Shown: piece by piece, positions 19,017 to 29,349 of the stretch | How positions within the stretch are numbered: the first letter of the stretch is position 1 | Layout: every line of letters begins with the position of its first letter | The notes under the pieces: generated by a model | The model's database searches: none | Told to the model about the DNA's origin: nothing | The model's input: the letters and a program-made list of their open reading frames with translations, nothing else | NCBI GenBank assembly: GCA_018402155.1 | Contig: JAGYJG010000001.1 | Span: 506,198-570,197, forward strand | Length of the DNA: 64,000 nt | From: Bacteroidia bacterium | GTDB taxonomy: Bacteria; Bacteroidota; Bacteroidia; NS11-12g; UBA9320 | Direction of reading: 5' to 3' | Made by a program: the position numbers and the translations under genes

Positions 19017-19814
19017 TTAGATAAGATAAAAGAATGTGAATACAAAAACCCAAACTAAATCAACAAAGTGCCAGTATAGGCCAACTTTTTCTACCATTTC
19101 ATAGTGTCCTCGTTTGGCATATGTACCTTTCAAGTTATTTATATAGACTATAATATTGAGCACTACTCCTGAGAAAACGTGAAATCCATGAAATCCTGTA
19201 ACCAAGAAAAATAAAGCTGCAAAAGAGGGTGGACCATAAGGATTAGCCCAAGGAGTAGCTCCAGCCGTAATAAAATTGGTCCATTCCCACGCTTGACAAC
19301 CCAAGAACATAAAACCACCTATAATAGTGTATAGCATCCATTTTGATACTGCTTTTTCATCACCTCGCTGTCCAGCTTCTACGCCTAACACCATTGTAAC
19401 ACTGCTCAATATGAGTATAAGTGTCATTAAACTTACGAATATGAGGGGTAGGTGCAGTCCATGTGCAAACGGAAAATGATTGAAAACTAAATCCGGTGAA
19501 GGCCATTGGTGCTCACTAAAAACAGTAAGTTCTCTAAGGGCTGGTATAAAGTGCTCGCCGTGGTGAGCATCAACACCTGGCGCAGCAAACTTCTCTTGTA
19601 TATTTTCACCAAATCCTAAGTCTAAGCTTTCTATTTGTTCAATTGGTGTAGACGGATTACTGTAGCGAATGGCTCCATATCCTATGAGCAAGGAGGAGAA
19701 CGTAAATGCATCTGATAATAGGAATACCCACATCATGAGTTTTCCATAACTTACATTGAAAGGCGAGTTTCCTCCGCCCCAAGTGCGAGATTTTGGTATT
19801 GTTTGTGTTGACAT
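19017..19814 (-). CDS. cytochrome c oxidase subunit III (long form)
   Basis: 265 aa polytopic protein. Conserved C-terminal 'HFVDLVWVFVFTFFYL' cox3 motif. Confidence 0.8.
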   Translation of the reverse strand: MSTQTIPKSRTWGGGNSPFNVSYGKLMMWVFLLSDAFTFSSLLIGYGAIRYSNPSTPIEQIESLDLGFGENIQEKFAAPGVDAHHGEHFIPALRELTVFSEHQWPSPDLVFNHFPFAHGLHLPLIFVSLMTLILILSSVTMVLGVEAGQRGDEKAVSKWMLYTIIGGFMFLGCQAWEWTNFITAGATPWANPYGPPSFAALFFLVTGFHGFHVFSGVVLNIIVYINNLKGTYAKRGHYEMVEKVGLYWHFVDLVWVFVFTFFYLI

Positions 19815-19817
19815 TAG

Positions 19818-20402
19818 TTAAAAATCGGGTGCAAAATATAAAAACAAATATAAATAAACCCATAAGAAGCCTACAAAGTGCCAATAAGTATTGCACATAC
19901 TGATTTGCAGAGTGTTTTTCTTATGAACTTGGAGTTTCATCGTTTTACCTAATATCACAGACAAATAGATGAGACCTCCGAAAATGTGTACTAAATGAAT
20001 GGCAGCTATAGCTATTAGAAAAGATGCAGAAACGCGATCTCCGTATTTTGGATTTACAAAGTGAAGCCCATTTTCCGATAATTGTACCCAGCCCATGTAC
20101 TGCGTAAAACCAAAAGCAATACCAAGAAGAATAGTCAAACTGAGTCCTATTTTTATACCAGTAATTTCATCCTTTTTCGCACTTCTGTAGGCATAAAGCA
20201 TAGTAATAGAACTTAGGAGAACAACGATGGTAGAATATAAAAATACCGAAGGTAGCTCAAAGTTATACCAATTTCCGTCGCCTTTTCGTACGATATAGGC
20301 ACTGGTAAGTCCAGAAAATAGCATCAAAATACCGAGTAACAGCAACCATAAACTAAATTTTTTAGGATGAACTCGGCCAGTGTATGTCAATTCTTCAGTC
20401 AT
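19818..20402 (-). CDS. cytochrome c oxidase subunit III (short form)
   Basis: 194 aa. 'YWHFVGFLWVYLYLFLY' cox3 C-terminal motif. A second cox3 paralogue is usual in Bacteroidetes caa3 operons. Confidence 0.8.
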   Translation of the reverse strand: MTEELTYTGRVHPKKFSLWLLLLGILMLFSGLTSAYIVRKGDGNWYNFELPSVFLYSTIVVLLSSITMLYAYRSAKKDEITGIKIGLSLTILLGIAFGFTQYMGWVQLSENGLHFVNPKYGDRVSASFLIAIAAIHLVHIFGGLIYLSVILGKTMKLQVHKKNTLQISMCNTYWHFVGFLWVYLYLFLYFAPDF

Positions 20403-20406
20403 AAGA

Positions 20407-21300
20407 TTATATTTTGTCTATGAGTAACACTATTAGCGCTAAAGGGTTGTAGACTATAGATGCAAACATTAGTTTTTTTGCTGCATCTATGGAGAGTGTC
20501 TTATACAGCTGATGTGCAAAGTAAACAAGTATTAAAGAGCCTATAGTAAGTAAGAAAATACTCAAAACACCGCTCATATTTATCGCATAAGGCAATGCAC
20601 TAATGGGCACTAGTAGGGTGGTTACCATTAGAATAAGAAGAGCAGTCGTTTTAGTTTTGCCTTTCTTTAAGGGTAAAAGCCGGTATCCTGCTTTTTTATA
20701 ATCGTCATCTAAAATCCAAGCTATAGCCCAAAAATGTGGAAATTGCCAAACGAACTGAATTAGGAAAAGTATGCCTGCAGCGGCAGAAAATCTACCCGTA
20801 GCTGCTACCCAGCCTAATAATGGGGGAATAGCACCAGGCACTGCACCTATATAAACTGCAACACTGGATACGCGCTTTAGCGGAGTATACAAAAATGCAT
20901 AACTTATCAATGATCCAATACCTAAAATTGCAGCATGTTGATTTAGGTAATAGCCCAATAAAAAAACTCCAAGTGCTCCAGTTAGGGTACAAAATATGGC
21001 CGCTTCCAAAACACTCATTCTGTTTTGTGCAAGTGGTCTGTTTTCCGTACGAGTCATAAGTATGTCATAGTTTTTTTCAATAATTTGGTTTAGTCCATTA
21101 GAAGATGCTACCACCAAAAAACCACCTAGTATAAGTGCAGTAAGTTCTACCCAATTTAGCGCACCCGAGAAACCAATTAAATAACCGAATACGGATGATA
21201 ATACGATTGTAAAGGTCAATCTGAATTTTATCAGTTGACTATAATCTGTTAACTTGGCTCTTATGCCCATATATTCAGTATGTATACTAGCTGATTTCAA
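20407..21300 (-). CDS. ctaB: protoheme IX farnesyltransferase (heme O synthase)
   Basis: 297 aa, UbiA-family polyprenyltransferase. Overlaps ctaA by 4 nt. Confidence 0.85.
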   Translation of the reverse strand: MKSASIHTEYMGIRAKLTDYSQLIKFRLTFTIVLSSVFGYLIGFSGALNWVELTALILGGFLVVASSNGLNQIIEKNYDILMTRTENRPLAQNRMSVLEAAIFCTLTGALGVFLLGYYLNQHAAILGIGSLISYAFLYTPLKRVSSVAVYIGAVPGAIPPLLGWVAATGRFSAAAGILFLIQFVWQFPHFWAIAWILDDDYKKAGYRLLPLKKGKTKTTALLILMVTTLLVPISALPYAINMSGVLSIFLLTIGSLILVYFAHQLYKTLSIDAAKKLMFASIVYNPLALIVLLIDKI

Positions 21301-22316
21301 TTGCTATTTGTAATTTTATTTACGGTTAAAAACGAAGTGCAAATATAAAATTGTATGACGAATATCGCTGCACCCATACTTATATGGAACAGTTTTGAAA
21401 TAGACGCCGTGGTGGGGTGTAAGGCTAGTGGTCCCCATACTAATTGAGCTATGCACAAAAACAGTATCCATTGGTACAATTTCTTTTTGTTGTTCTGTTT
21501 TTTTGCTACTATAAACTGGTAAATAGACATAACCAAAACGATAGAGCCAAGTACGGCGTGCCATTGGAAGGTGGGATACATTAGTTCAATTTTAGCTGCC
21601 ATGTCACCGATAGTAGGGAGTAAATCATACAATTCGCGTACTTCTGCTCCCAGTATTACCTGTATAGCTGTAAGTATGAGTAAAGCTGTTCCTATTTGTT
21701 TAGTTTTACTATCGTATTCTTCGACAATCTGAGAAATGGAATAGTGCCTGGCGAGTATAAAAAAACCAATACTAGCAAAAGCTGCAATAAAATGCAGTGT
21801 AACAATGCTGCCAATCAAGTTACTGTGAACTACCACTGCTCCCAATAGTGCATTGACCATTACAAAAATAAATCCAGCTAATGTATACCAAAATACGGGT
21901 TTATTTTTTCTAAAATACCTTAAACTCCATACAAAACATAGCAAAACTACCACACCTGTGAGTGCACCCCACAACCGATTTATATATTCTACATAGGCTT
22001 TAATTGCATTGAATTTGTGAGATTCTTCGACCTGTGTATTATTTCTGAGGGCATCAGCTTTTTTATTCCAGCCTATATGCTCTAGCAGTGATACAAATCT
22101 TTCATTTTTGGTAATCCGTTGCTCTTTAAAATAATTTTCGTAATCTGCTGGGAGTTCCTTTTCTGATAATGGTGGGATATACTCACCGAAACATTTAGGC
22201 CAATCTGGACAACCCATGCCACTGCCTGTACTACGCACCAATCCGCCAATCACAAATAACATAAAAATCAGTAATATGGATGTTCCGTTGAGTTGCTGAT
22301 ATGTTACTTTTTTCAT
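21297..22316 (-). CDS. ctaA: heme A synthase (COX15/CtaA family)
   Basis: ORF 21297-22337 begins with TTG. The in-frame ATG at ~22316 (MKKVTYQQLNG...) is the more likely start. Polytopic, conserved His residues in TM helices. Confidence 0.7.
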   Translation of the reverse strand: MKKVTYQQLNGTSILLIFMLFVIGGLVRSTGSGMGCPDWPKCFGEYIPPLSEKELPADYENYFKEQRITKNERFVSLLEHIGWNKKADALRNNTQVEESHKFNAIKAYVEYINRLWGALTGVVVLLCFVWSLRYFRKNKPVFWYTLAGFIFVMVNALLGAVVVHSNLIGSIVTLHFIAAFASIGFFILARHYSISQIVEEYDSKTKQIGTALLILTAIQVILGAEVRELYDLLPTIGDMAAKIELMYPTFQWHAVLGSIVLVMSIYQFIVAKKQNNKKKLYQWILFLCIAQLVWGPLALHPTTASISKLFHISMGAAIFVIQFYICTSFLTVNKITNSN

Positions 22317-22342
22317 TGTATTTAGGGTTTTGGGCAAAAAAA

Positions 22343-22375
22343 AGCCGTCTTCTGCAAAAAGACGGCTTTTTTGTC
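22343..22375 (-). terminator. intrinsic (bidirectional-type) terminator between coxI and ctaA
   Basis: 9-bp GC-rich stem AGCCGTCTT / AAGACGGCT with a 7-nt loop, followed on the minus strand by eight U residues. It sits in the ~69-nt gap between the coxI stop and the ctaA start. Confidence 0.55.
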
Positions 22376-22385
22376 TCTTGTTGTC

Positions 22386-24278
22386 TTATGCAGTTCTGGG
22401 TTTAAACCAGTTGCGGATTAAGTCGAAGAAGTTAGTGTTTTCTACCACTGATTCATCGTTGGTAGAGAGCACACTTTGTTTTTTAGTTTCAAATAGTTCT
22501 ACATCTTGTCCTTCGTCAGGTACATTTTGCATTTTAAAATCTTCTTCGTATGCAGGATTGCTGTAGTCATAAGCCCAACGGTATACTGTTGGTATTTCTC
22601 CTGGCCAGTTTCCGTGTATTCTTTCTACAGGTGTAGTCCATTCTAGGGTATTTGCCTGCCAAGGGTTCTGCGATGCTTTTTTACCAATGAATATGCTTGA
22701 AAAGAAATTGTAGATAAAAAGCAATTGTGCAATACCACCTAAAATAGCAGCAAGTGTCATTAGTACGTTAACATCTGCCCATACACCATACTCTGGAAGA
22801 AGCGTAAAAGCATAATATCTCCTAGGCACACCAGCTAAACCAATAAAGTGCATCGGGAAGAATACCAAATAAGCGGATATGAAAGTCAACCAGAAGTGAA
22901 GATAACCAAGAGGTTTATTCATCATTCTACCAAACATTTTTGGGAACCAGTGATAAATACCAGCTAGCATACCAAAAATGGCAGCACAACCCATAACTAT
23001 ATGGAAATGACCAACTACAAAATACGTATCGTGTAACTGAATGTCTAGCGTGGCATTTCCTAAAAATATACCTGTAAGACCACCAGAGATGAAGAAAGAT
23101 ACAAGACCAATAGCAAACATCATAGCATTTGTAAATCTGATGTTACCTCTCCAAAGTGTTGCTAGATAATTAAATGTTTTTACCGCAGAAGGTACAGCAA
23201 TTATGAGCGTAGTTACCAAAAATACTGCACCAAGAAGTGGATTCATTCCTGTGATAAACATATGGTGCCCCCAAACTATAAATGATAAGAATGCGATACC
23301 CAAAAGAGAGATGACCATTGCGGTATATCCAAAAATAGGTTTACGTGAATTTATGGCGATTACCTCTGAGGTAATACCCAAAGCAGGCATTATTATAATA
23401 TACACCTCTGGATGACCCAAGAACCAAAATAGATGTTGGAAGAGAACAGGACTTCCCCCGGTATGCTCTAAGGCACCTGCAGAACCTAGATAAATATCAG
23501 ACAAGTAGAAACTTGTTCCAAAGCCTCGATCAAACAAAAGAAGTAAACCACCTCCTAGTAAAACTGGGAAAGATAGCAGACCCAATACAGCAGTTAGAAA
23601 TAATGCCCAAACAGTGAGAGGTAAACGTGTCATTGACATCCCTTTTGTACGCATGTTTAACACTGTACTGATATAATTTATACCACCTAAAAGAGATGAT
23701 GCTATGAAGAGTATAATTGCTACTAGCCAGAGGGTCATCCCCATACCTGATCCTGGCATAGCTTTGGGTAGTGCACTTAGCGGAGGATAAATTGTCCAAC
23801 CTCCTGATGCAGGTCCTGTTTCTACAAATAATGACGAAAGTAACACTATGCTGCTAAGAAAAAAGAACCAATATGAAAGCATATTCATGAAGGGAGAAGC
23901 CATATCTCGGGCTCCAATTTGAAGTGGCAGAAGTAAATTGGCAAACGTGCCACTCAGACCTGCAGTGAGTACATAAAATACCATTATGGTCCCATGCATA
24001 GTCACTAATGCCATATAATATCCTGCATCCAATTTTCCATCTGGCGCCCATTTGCTTCCAAATAGCCACTCTAAAATAGGAAATGAAGTGTCTGGATAAG
24101 CTAATTGTAGTCGAAATGCAATAGACATTCCCATGCCAATTAGTCCCATTATAATTCCAGTTATCAAAAATTGTTTAGAGATCATCTTATGATCCATGCT
24201 AAAGACATACTTCGAGATGAAGGACTCTTTGTGGTGGTGATGTTCCTCTGTGTTTGCGTGTGCTACTGCTGTACTCAT
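22386..24278 (-). CDS. ctaD: cytochrome c oxidase subunit I
   Basis: 630 aa, 12+ TMs, conserved heme a/a3 and CuB His ligands (WFFGHPEVY, HHMF...). Confidence 0.95.
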   Translation of the reverse strand: MSTAVAHANTEEHHHHKESFISKYVFSMDHKMISKQFLITGIIMGLIGMGMSIAFRLQLAYPDTSFPILEWLFGSKWAPDGKLDAGYYMALVTMHGTIMVFYVLTAGLSGTFANLLLPLQIGARDMASPFMNMLSYWFFFLSSIVLLSSLFVETGPASGGWTIYPPLSALPKAMPGSGMGMTLWLVAIILFIASSLLGGINYISTVLNMRTKGMSMTRLPLTVWALFLTAVLGLLSFPVLLGGGLLLLFDRGFGTSFYLSDIYLGSAGALEHTGGSPVLFQHLFWFLGHPEVYIIIMPALGITSEVIAINSRKPIFGYTAMVISLLGIAFLSFIVWGHHMFITGMNPLLGAVFLVTTLIIAVPSAVKTFNYLATLWRGNIRFTNAMMFAIGLVSFFISGGLTGIFLGNATLDIQLHDTYFVVGHFHIVMGCAAIFGMLAGIYHWFPKMFGRMMNKPLGYLHFWLTFISAYLVFFPMHFIGLAGVPRRYYAFTLLPEYGVWADVNVLMTLAAILGGIAQLLFIYNFFSSIFIGKKASQNPWQANTLEWTTPVERIHGNWPGEIPTVYRWAYDYSNPAYEEDFKMQNVPDEGQDVELFETKKQSVLSTNDESVVENTNFFDLIRNWFKPRTA

Positions 24279-24301
24279 TATTTTAAATTTTACTTTATAA
24301 A

Positions 24302-26125
24302 TTAATTTGAAGCTACTGTTTCAGTTCCCTTTTCGGTTGTACTTTCTGTTTCCGCATTTTCAGTTTCTGTATTCTCTATTTTATTAACAAACAAACCTGC
24401 TTGTTCGTTCATCCATTTATCACGAGATTTTTGATCTTCTACTACTACTTTCATTTTCATATTAAAATGTGCGTTTCCACAAATCTTATTACATACTAAG
24501 TAATAGTCAAACTCTGGATCATTTTTTATGATTCGCATTTCCTCCGTGGAAATAATAGGTTTAAAGGTAAACTCAGTAGGTAATCCAGGTACCACGTTCA
24601 TCTGTGTCCTAAAATATGGCAGATAGGCAGAATGTATTACGTCTCTTGCTCTAAAATTTAGTGTGACTGGTACATCTTTTACGAGGTGAATTTCACCTAC
24701 CACTTGGTCGTCATCTCCCTCACTACTAAACATAGAACCTTCTTTTACAGCTAAAGCTCCTTTCAAACGCTCTATTTGAGTATTACGCGCTCTTATTGTA
24801 AGTCTTAGCTCATTTTCTTTATCCCCACTTGTATACGAATGGATATTTTTTAGATGAGATTCTCTTTCTTTATCTAATAAGCCACCCAATGTAGCCCGCA
24901 GTTTAGCCTCTTCTTGCGGCAAGCGTGAGATTGCTTCTTCCAGCGAAACTATTTCTTCTTGTAGTTCGGTAATTAAAGCAGTAGCATGTTCTCTATTTGC
25001 TACGCCTAGCGGATTCGTACCATTTATTAGGTTATAATTTGCCTTGCCTAATTTTCCGTCTGGACCAGGATAACGAGCATTCCACCCAAATTGATAGGCA
25101 AATACTTCTATTTGTTCTGCATTTTTACTTGAATCACTTCGTAGTATTTCATTCCACATTTTAAACCCACCAGACACCAATACAGCTAAAACTACCGCGG
25201 GGATTAAGGTCCAAACATATTCTAAATTATTGTTGTGCGACAAGAAATAAGCTTTTCTTCCGGGCTTTTGTCGGTATTTAAATGAAAAATAAAACAATAA
25301 AAACTGTGTAATAAAAAATACTGGTAAAGTCGCTGCAAAGGTCCATTGCATCATTTTATCCATATCTACACCATGCTCTGATGCACTTTGTGGTAGTAAA
25401 AATTGTTTGTGAATACTATATTCATAAAGCACTAATCCAAAAAAACCAATTAAAAAGATTAACATCATATATGCATTGATGTTATTCCAATTGATGATTT
25501 CTCGACCAGTGACATTTGATACCAATTCCAATATCCCGAATATGAGTAAGATAATGACAAAAACTAGTATTGACATTACCACAACTGCCCAGTTTACATT
25601 ATTGAAAAGGGAATCATTTATTGGAGCAGTGGGGACTGGCTCACCGCCCTCTACTGCAGCTGGAGCATCACCATCCCCTTTGTTGTCTATCCACATTAAT
25701 ATTGAGGTGATTTGGTCATCACTCAGATTCTCAAAAATGTTCATGGCTGCACCGTTATATTCATTGTAAATGGCCAATGCACGTTCGTCTCCAGCTTTTA
25801 CTAATTTTTGATTGTTCTTTATCCAAGCATTCAACCATTCATAATCCTCATCGTATTTATCTATAAGACCGGCTAGAGCTGGGCCTACTACTTTACCATT
25901 TAGAGCGTGGCAAGAAGCACAATTCGCAGAGAATAACTCGCTACCTTCTTTTATACGTTCATCTGTACCCTCTTGGCCCGCTATAGGACGGGTCAAATTA
26001 TTTTTGTATGCAAAAGAGTGATGTACGAAAAATATTCCGATGATCAGGAATAGCCATTTAAAATTTTGTTTGAAATTGTTTGACATTAATACCCTATTTT
26101 TTATGTTCAAAATTAAGTGAGGCAA
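24302..26125 (-). CDS. cytochrome c oxidase subunit II fused to an N-terminal cytochrome c domain
   Basis: 607 aa. N-terminal 'CASCH' heme c motif. C-terminal CuA centre 'H...CNKICGNAHFNM' (C-x3-C-G-x2-H-x2-M). The true start may be the internal ATG at ~26086. Confidence 0.85.
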   Translation of the reverse strand: MPHLILNIKNRVLMSNNFKQNFKWLFLIIGIFFVHHSFAYKNNLTRPIAGQEGTDERIKEGSELFSANCASCHALNGKVVGPALAGLIDKYDEDYEWLNAWIKNNQKLVKAGDERALAIYNEYNGAAMNIFENLSDDQITSILMWIDNKGDGDAPAAVEGGEPVPTAPINDSLFNNVNWAVVVMSILVFVIILLIFGILELVSNVTGREIINWNNINAYMMLIFLIGFFGLVLYEYSIHKQFLLPQSASEHGVDMDKMMQWTFAATLPVFFITQFLLFYFSFKYRQKPGRKAYFLSHNNNLEYVWTLIPAVVLAVLVSGGFKMWNEILRSDSSKNAEQIEVFAYQFGWNARYPGPDGKLGKANYNLINGTNPLGVANREHATALITELQEEIVSLEEAISRLPQEEAKLRATLGGLLDKERESHLKNIHSYTSGDKENELRLTIRARNTQIERLKGALAVKEGSMFSSEGDDDQVVGEIHLVKDVPVTLNFRARDVIHSAYLPYFRTQMNVVPGLPTEFTFKPIISTEEMRIIKNDPEFDYYLVCNKICGNAHFNMKMKVVVEDQKSRDKWMNEQAGLFVNKIENTETENAETESTTEKGTETVASN

Positions 26126-26176
26126 AAGTACCTTTTATCCCACATAAATGTAACAAGGAAATAACAATAATTATAC

Positions 26177-26197
26177 AATCTAAAAACTTTTTAGATT
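26177..26197. promoter_or_regulatory. perfect 10-bp palindrome (AATCTAAAAA-C-TTTTTAGATT) in the cox operon upstream region
   Basis: Read directly from the sequence, ~52-72 nt upstream of the coxII start codon. A candidate operator or structured leader element. Confidence 0.3.
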
Positions 26198-26572
26198 GGG
26201 TATAAATAGAGAATAGATAACCGCATTTCTCCGCATTAATTTGCTAATCAACACACTAAGTAAAAAGAATACTGTAACGCACAGTTTTAAAAATTGTAAT
26301 CACTTGTTTTTGAGCGGAATAATGTGTGCATTTAGAAACATTATTGTGTATGAAAGTTTTATTTTATTATGTTTTTTTGAGTAGTAAGTGATAAGAAAAT
26401 TACCCATCTCTCAAGATTTATTTTAGTAAGAATATGACTGTTTTATGTCTTAAAATTTAATTGCGTGCGTACTCCGATTATTTTACTGATAATCATTGTT
26501 TTGTTAGCGACCAAATGTGATGCGTTTGTTGTGTAACCATGAAGCACTCATAAAATTTATTGGACATAAAAA

Positions 26573-26597
26573 AGAGGGGATTTTCCCCTCTTTTTAA
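26573..26597. terminator. bidirectional intrinsic terminator (AGAGGGG-ATTTT-CCCCTCT with A-run and T-run flanks)
   Basis: Perfect 7-bp G/C stem flanked by AAAAAA and TTTTT. ~120 nt downstream of the minus-strand GT4 gene, and it separates that gene from the cox promoter region. Confidence 0.6.
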
Positions 26598-26717
26598 ACC
26601 AAAAACTAAAACTGAAATATCTATCGCGTGTAGTTTAGCGATAGTCAAATTCAAAGGTAAGAATTGTTACTTTTACATTTTGTCACACAGTAGTCATAAC
26701 CAAAAACTTAGACATTG

Positions 26718-27782
26718 TTATGACGCAATAAGTTCTGAGTATATATCTTCATATCTTTTTAGTAGGGAATTAGATTCGAAATTTTGTAATTGTGCAGGAA
26801 TGTTTTGCTCTAGTTGTTTTCTTAGCTCGGAATTGAGCATAAAATTTATGGCTTGAGCTATACTTTCTGTATTCTCGGGTTCAAAATAAATCGCAGCATT
26901 GCCACCCACTTCTGGCATACTACTACTGCTAGATGTTGCAACGGTTTTTCCGAAAGAAAAGGCCTCTAATATGGGAATACCAAACCCCTCAAATACCGAT
27001 GGGTAGATGCAGAATAAAGCATTCTTATATAGCGTGTTAAGTTCTGATTGGTTGGCACCTGTTTTTAGAATGATATTATTATTATGTGATGCTAAAGACT
27101 TGACTGATTTTAGGGTATCTCCAGCATGACCAGCTAAAACTAGTTTTATTGGTATATTTTGTAGAGAATTGAAGGCTTCAACCAATCGAAGAATATTTTT
27201 CCTTTTGCTAAAGCTACTAACACAAAGAATGTACTCACCTAGATTAGAATCTGTGTGCACTTCTATTTCATGAGGTGTAAGACTTAGTGGAATAACTTCA
27301 ATTTTGTCTGGAGAGGTACCGTAGAATTTAATAATGTCTTGTTTTGTTTGTATACTAGGTGTTATAATTTTTACTGCGTGTTTTTGAGCGTAGTGTAATT
27401 TTTTGTTGTAAATAATACGGTCTATTGTTTTATAATTTTCGGGATACCGCTTATTTATGAGATCGTGTATGGTAACTACTGCTTTTATTGCTGTTTTGTG
27501 TATACCAAATGGTATTTCGTTGCTCAGTCCGTGGAATATACGGATTTTATCGTTTTCTAATCGAGAGCAGACAAATTTAGAACGCCACAAACTTGGTGTA
27601 GCTTTTCCTATACCTGTAGGAAAGTGTGTAGGTAATTCTACCTTTTGAGATACTTCTTTGGGCTGATATAGGTGATAGTCAAACTTTTTTCGCTCGGCTA
27701 GTCCGTCTACTAGCCAACGAGCGTAGTTCCCCAAACCGCTATTGTTGTAAAAGTATCTTTTGGCGTCAAATCCAATTTTCAT
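26718..27782 (-). CDS. glycosyltransferase family 4
   Basis: 354 aa. 'EGFGIPILEAFSFGKTVATS' GT1 EX7E-type motif. Confidence 0.7.
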   Translation of the reverse strand: MKIGFDAKRYFYNNSGLGNYARWLVDGLAERKKFDYHLYQPKEVSQKVELPTHFPTGIGKATPSLWRSKFVCSRLENDKIRIFHGLSNEIPFGIHKTAIKAVVTIHDLINKRYPENYKTIDRIIYNKKLHYAQKHAVKIITPSIQTKQDIIKFYGTSPDKIEVIPLSLTPHEIEVHTDSNLGEYILCVSSFSKRKNILRLVEAFNSLQNIPIKLVLAGHAGDTLKSVKSLASHNNNIILKTGANQSELNTLYKNALFCIYPSVFEGFGIPILEAFSFGKTVATSSSSSMPEVGGNAAIYFEPENTESIAQAINFMLNSELRKQLEQNIPAQLQNFESNSLLKRYEDIYSELIAS

Positions 27783-28618
27783 TAAACTGCTACTTGAAAG
27801 TCTCTGAGAACATCGTTTAACGATGTTTTTTTATCGGTAGATGCCTTTCTAGTGCCAATAATAAGGGCACAATTTACGCCATAACTACCTGCTCCAAACT
27901 CTTTTTGTATGCTGCCAGGTATTACAACGCTGCGTGCAGGCACTCTTCCTTTGTATTCTATGGGTTCAATTCCAGAAACGTCTATAATTTTTGTACTCAT
28001 AGTTAATGTGACACCTGCGCCTATTACCGCTTCACTTTCTATGTGTACACCCTCTACAATAATACATCGGCTACCTATAAAACAGTTATCTTCTATGATC
28101 ACCGGTGCTGCTTGTACTGGCTCTAGTACACCTCCTATGCCTACACCGCCACTGAGATGTACGTTTTTGCCAATTTGTGCACAACTGCCAACTGTAGCCC
28201 ATGTATCTACCATCGTACCACTATCCACATACGCCCCTATGTTAATGTAACTTGGCATCATTACTACACCGCTTGCTATGTAGGCACCATAACGAGCTAT
28301 TGCGTGGGGTACTACGCGTATACCTTGCTCAGCATAGTTGCTTTTTAACAACATTTTATCGTGAAATTCAAAGGGGCCTATTTCAATGGTCTGCATCTTT
28401 TGTATAGGAAAGTATAAAATTACCGCTTTTTTTACCCAATCATTTACTTGCCAGCCGTTTTTACTTGGTTCCGCACACCGTAAAATACCTTTATCTAAAT
28501 CTTCTATAACCGCTCGTATTGCTTTTTGCGTTTCATCTTCTTGAAGTTTTGTTCGATCTTCCCATGCCTCCAAAATAATCTCTTTGTATTTGCTCATTAT
28601 CGTGTGGCGAATGTACAT
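27782..28618 (-). CDS. dapD: 2,3,4,5-tetrahydropyridine-2,6-dicarboxylate N-succinyltransferase
   Basis: 278 aa. Hexapeptide-repeat beta-helix with a DapD-type N-terminal domain. Confidence 0.75.
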   Translation of the reverse strand: MYIRHTIMSKYKEIILEAWEDRTKLQEDETQKAIRAVIEDLDKGILRCAEPSKNGWQVNDWVKKAVILYFPIQKMQTIEIGPFEFHDKMLLKSNYAEQGIRVVPHAIARYGAYIASGVVMMPSYINIGAYVDSGTMVDTWATVGSCAQIGKNVHLSGGVGIGGVLEPVQAAPVIIEDNCFIGSRCIIVEGVHIESEAVIGAGVTLTMSTKIIDVSGIEPIEYKGRVPARSVVIPGSIQKEFGAGSYGVNCALIIGTRKASTDKKTSLNDVLRDFQVAV

Positions 28619-28847
28619 ATTTTATTTACCATAAAAAATCTGTTGAGTATCTCAAAATAGCATAATTCAACTAGATTATCTACTGTTTTTGGTGCATTTA
28701 CACCAGAGGGATATCAATTTTACTTTTAAAGTTTAGTGCCACTTATGCACTCTTTACCATTGTAATGAGTTACCTTTCATTGTAAGGAAGTCTCATAAAA
28801 AAAGTCATTTTATAAATAGGTTTGAATAGAAAAAAATGTAAAGATGC

Positions 28848-29345
28848 TCAAGATAAGTTGATGCTCATCTTACCCTCGTGCTCTTCGTAGGAAATATGTT
28901 CTTTCACTGTAGTGGCTAAAGAAATTCCTACAAAATTTGCCTGTATAGGAAATTTGTGATGATCTCTATTTGCTAGTACAGCGGTTTTAATACTTTTTGG
29001 TTGGTATTTTAGTGTTTCTTTGAGTGCTATGGCCATTGTGATTCCCGAGTTTAGCACATCATCAACTAAAACTACAGCTTTATCTGTTATCCTTTCACTG
29101 TTTTCTAAAGTTATCTTTGAAGAAAATGCATTTTCTTTGTCCAGAACGATGGTTAGTAGTTCTATTTGTATTGAGCTGTATTTTTCTAAACGTTGTTTTA
29201 TTTTGAGTGCTACATCCGTACCTCTGTCTACCAAACCAATGAGAACTATATGTTTCTCATTAAAAAGTTCTTCTATTATCTGCCACGCCATACGATCTAG
29301 CTTCAATGATATTTGTGCGTGATTTAAAATTAGTGATTTTTCCAT
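28848..29345 (-). CDS. type I phosphoribosyltransferase, PyrR-like
   Basis: 165 aa. 'VVLVDDVLNSGITM' PRPP-binding motif. Overall colinear with the PyrR/UPRTase family. Confidence 0.5.
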   Translation of the reverse strand: MEKSLILNHAQISLKLDRMAWQIIEELFNEKHIVLIGLVDRGTDVALKIKQRLEKYSSIQIELLTIVLDKENAFSSKITLENSERITDKAVVLVDDVLNSGITMAIALKETLKYQPKSIKTAVLANRDHHKFPIQANFVGISLATTVKEHISYEEHEGKMSINLS

Positions 29346-29349
29346 AATT

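Noticed and set aside
19017-20402. Two adjacent cox3 ORFs, possibly a split or frameshifted pseudogene
   Set aside because: Both carry a complete C-terminal cox3 motif and distinct N-termini. Paired subunit-III genes are the normal arrangement in Bacteroidetes caa3 clusters.
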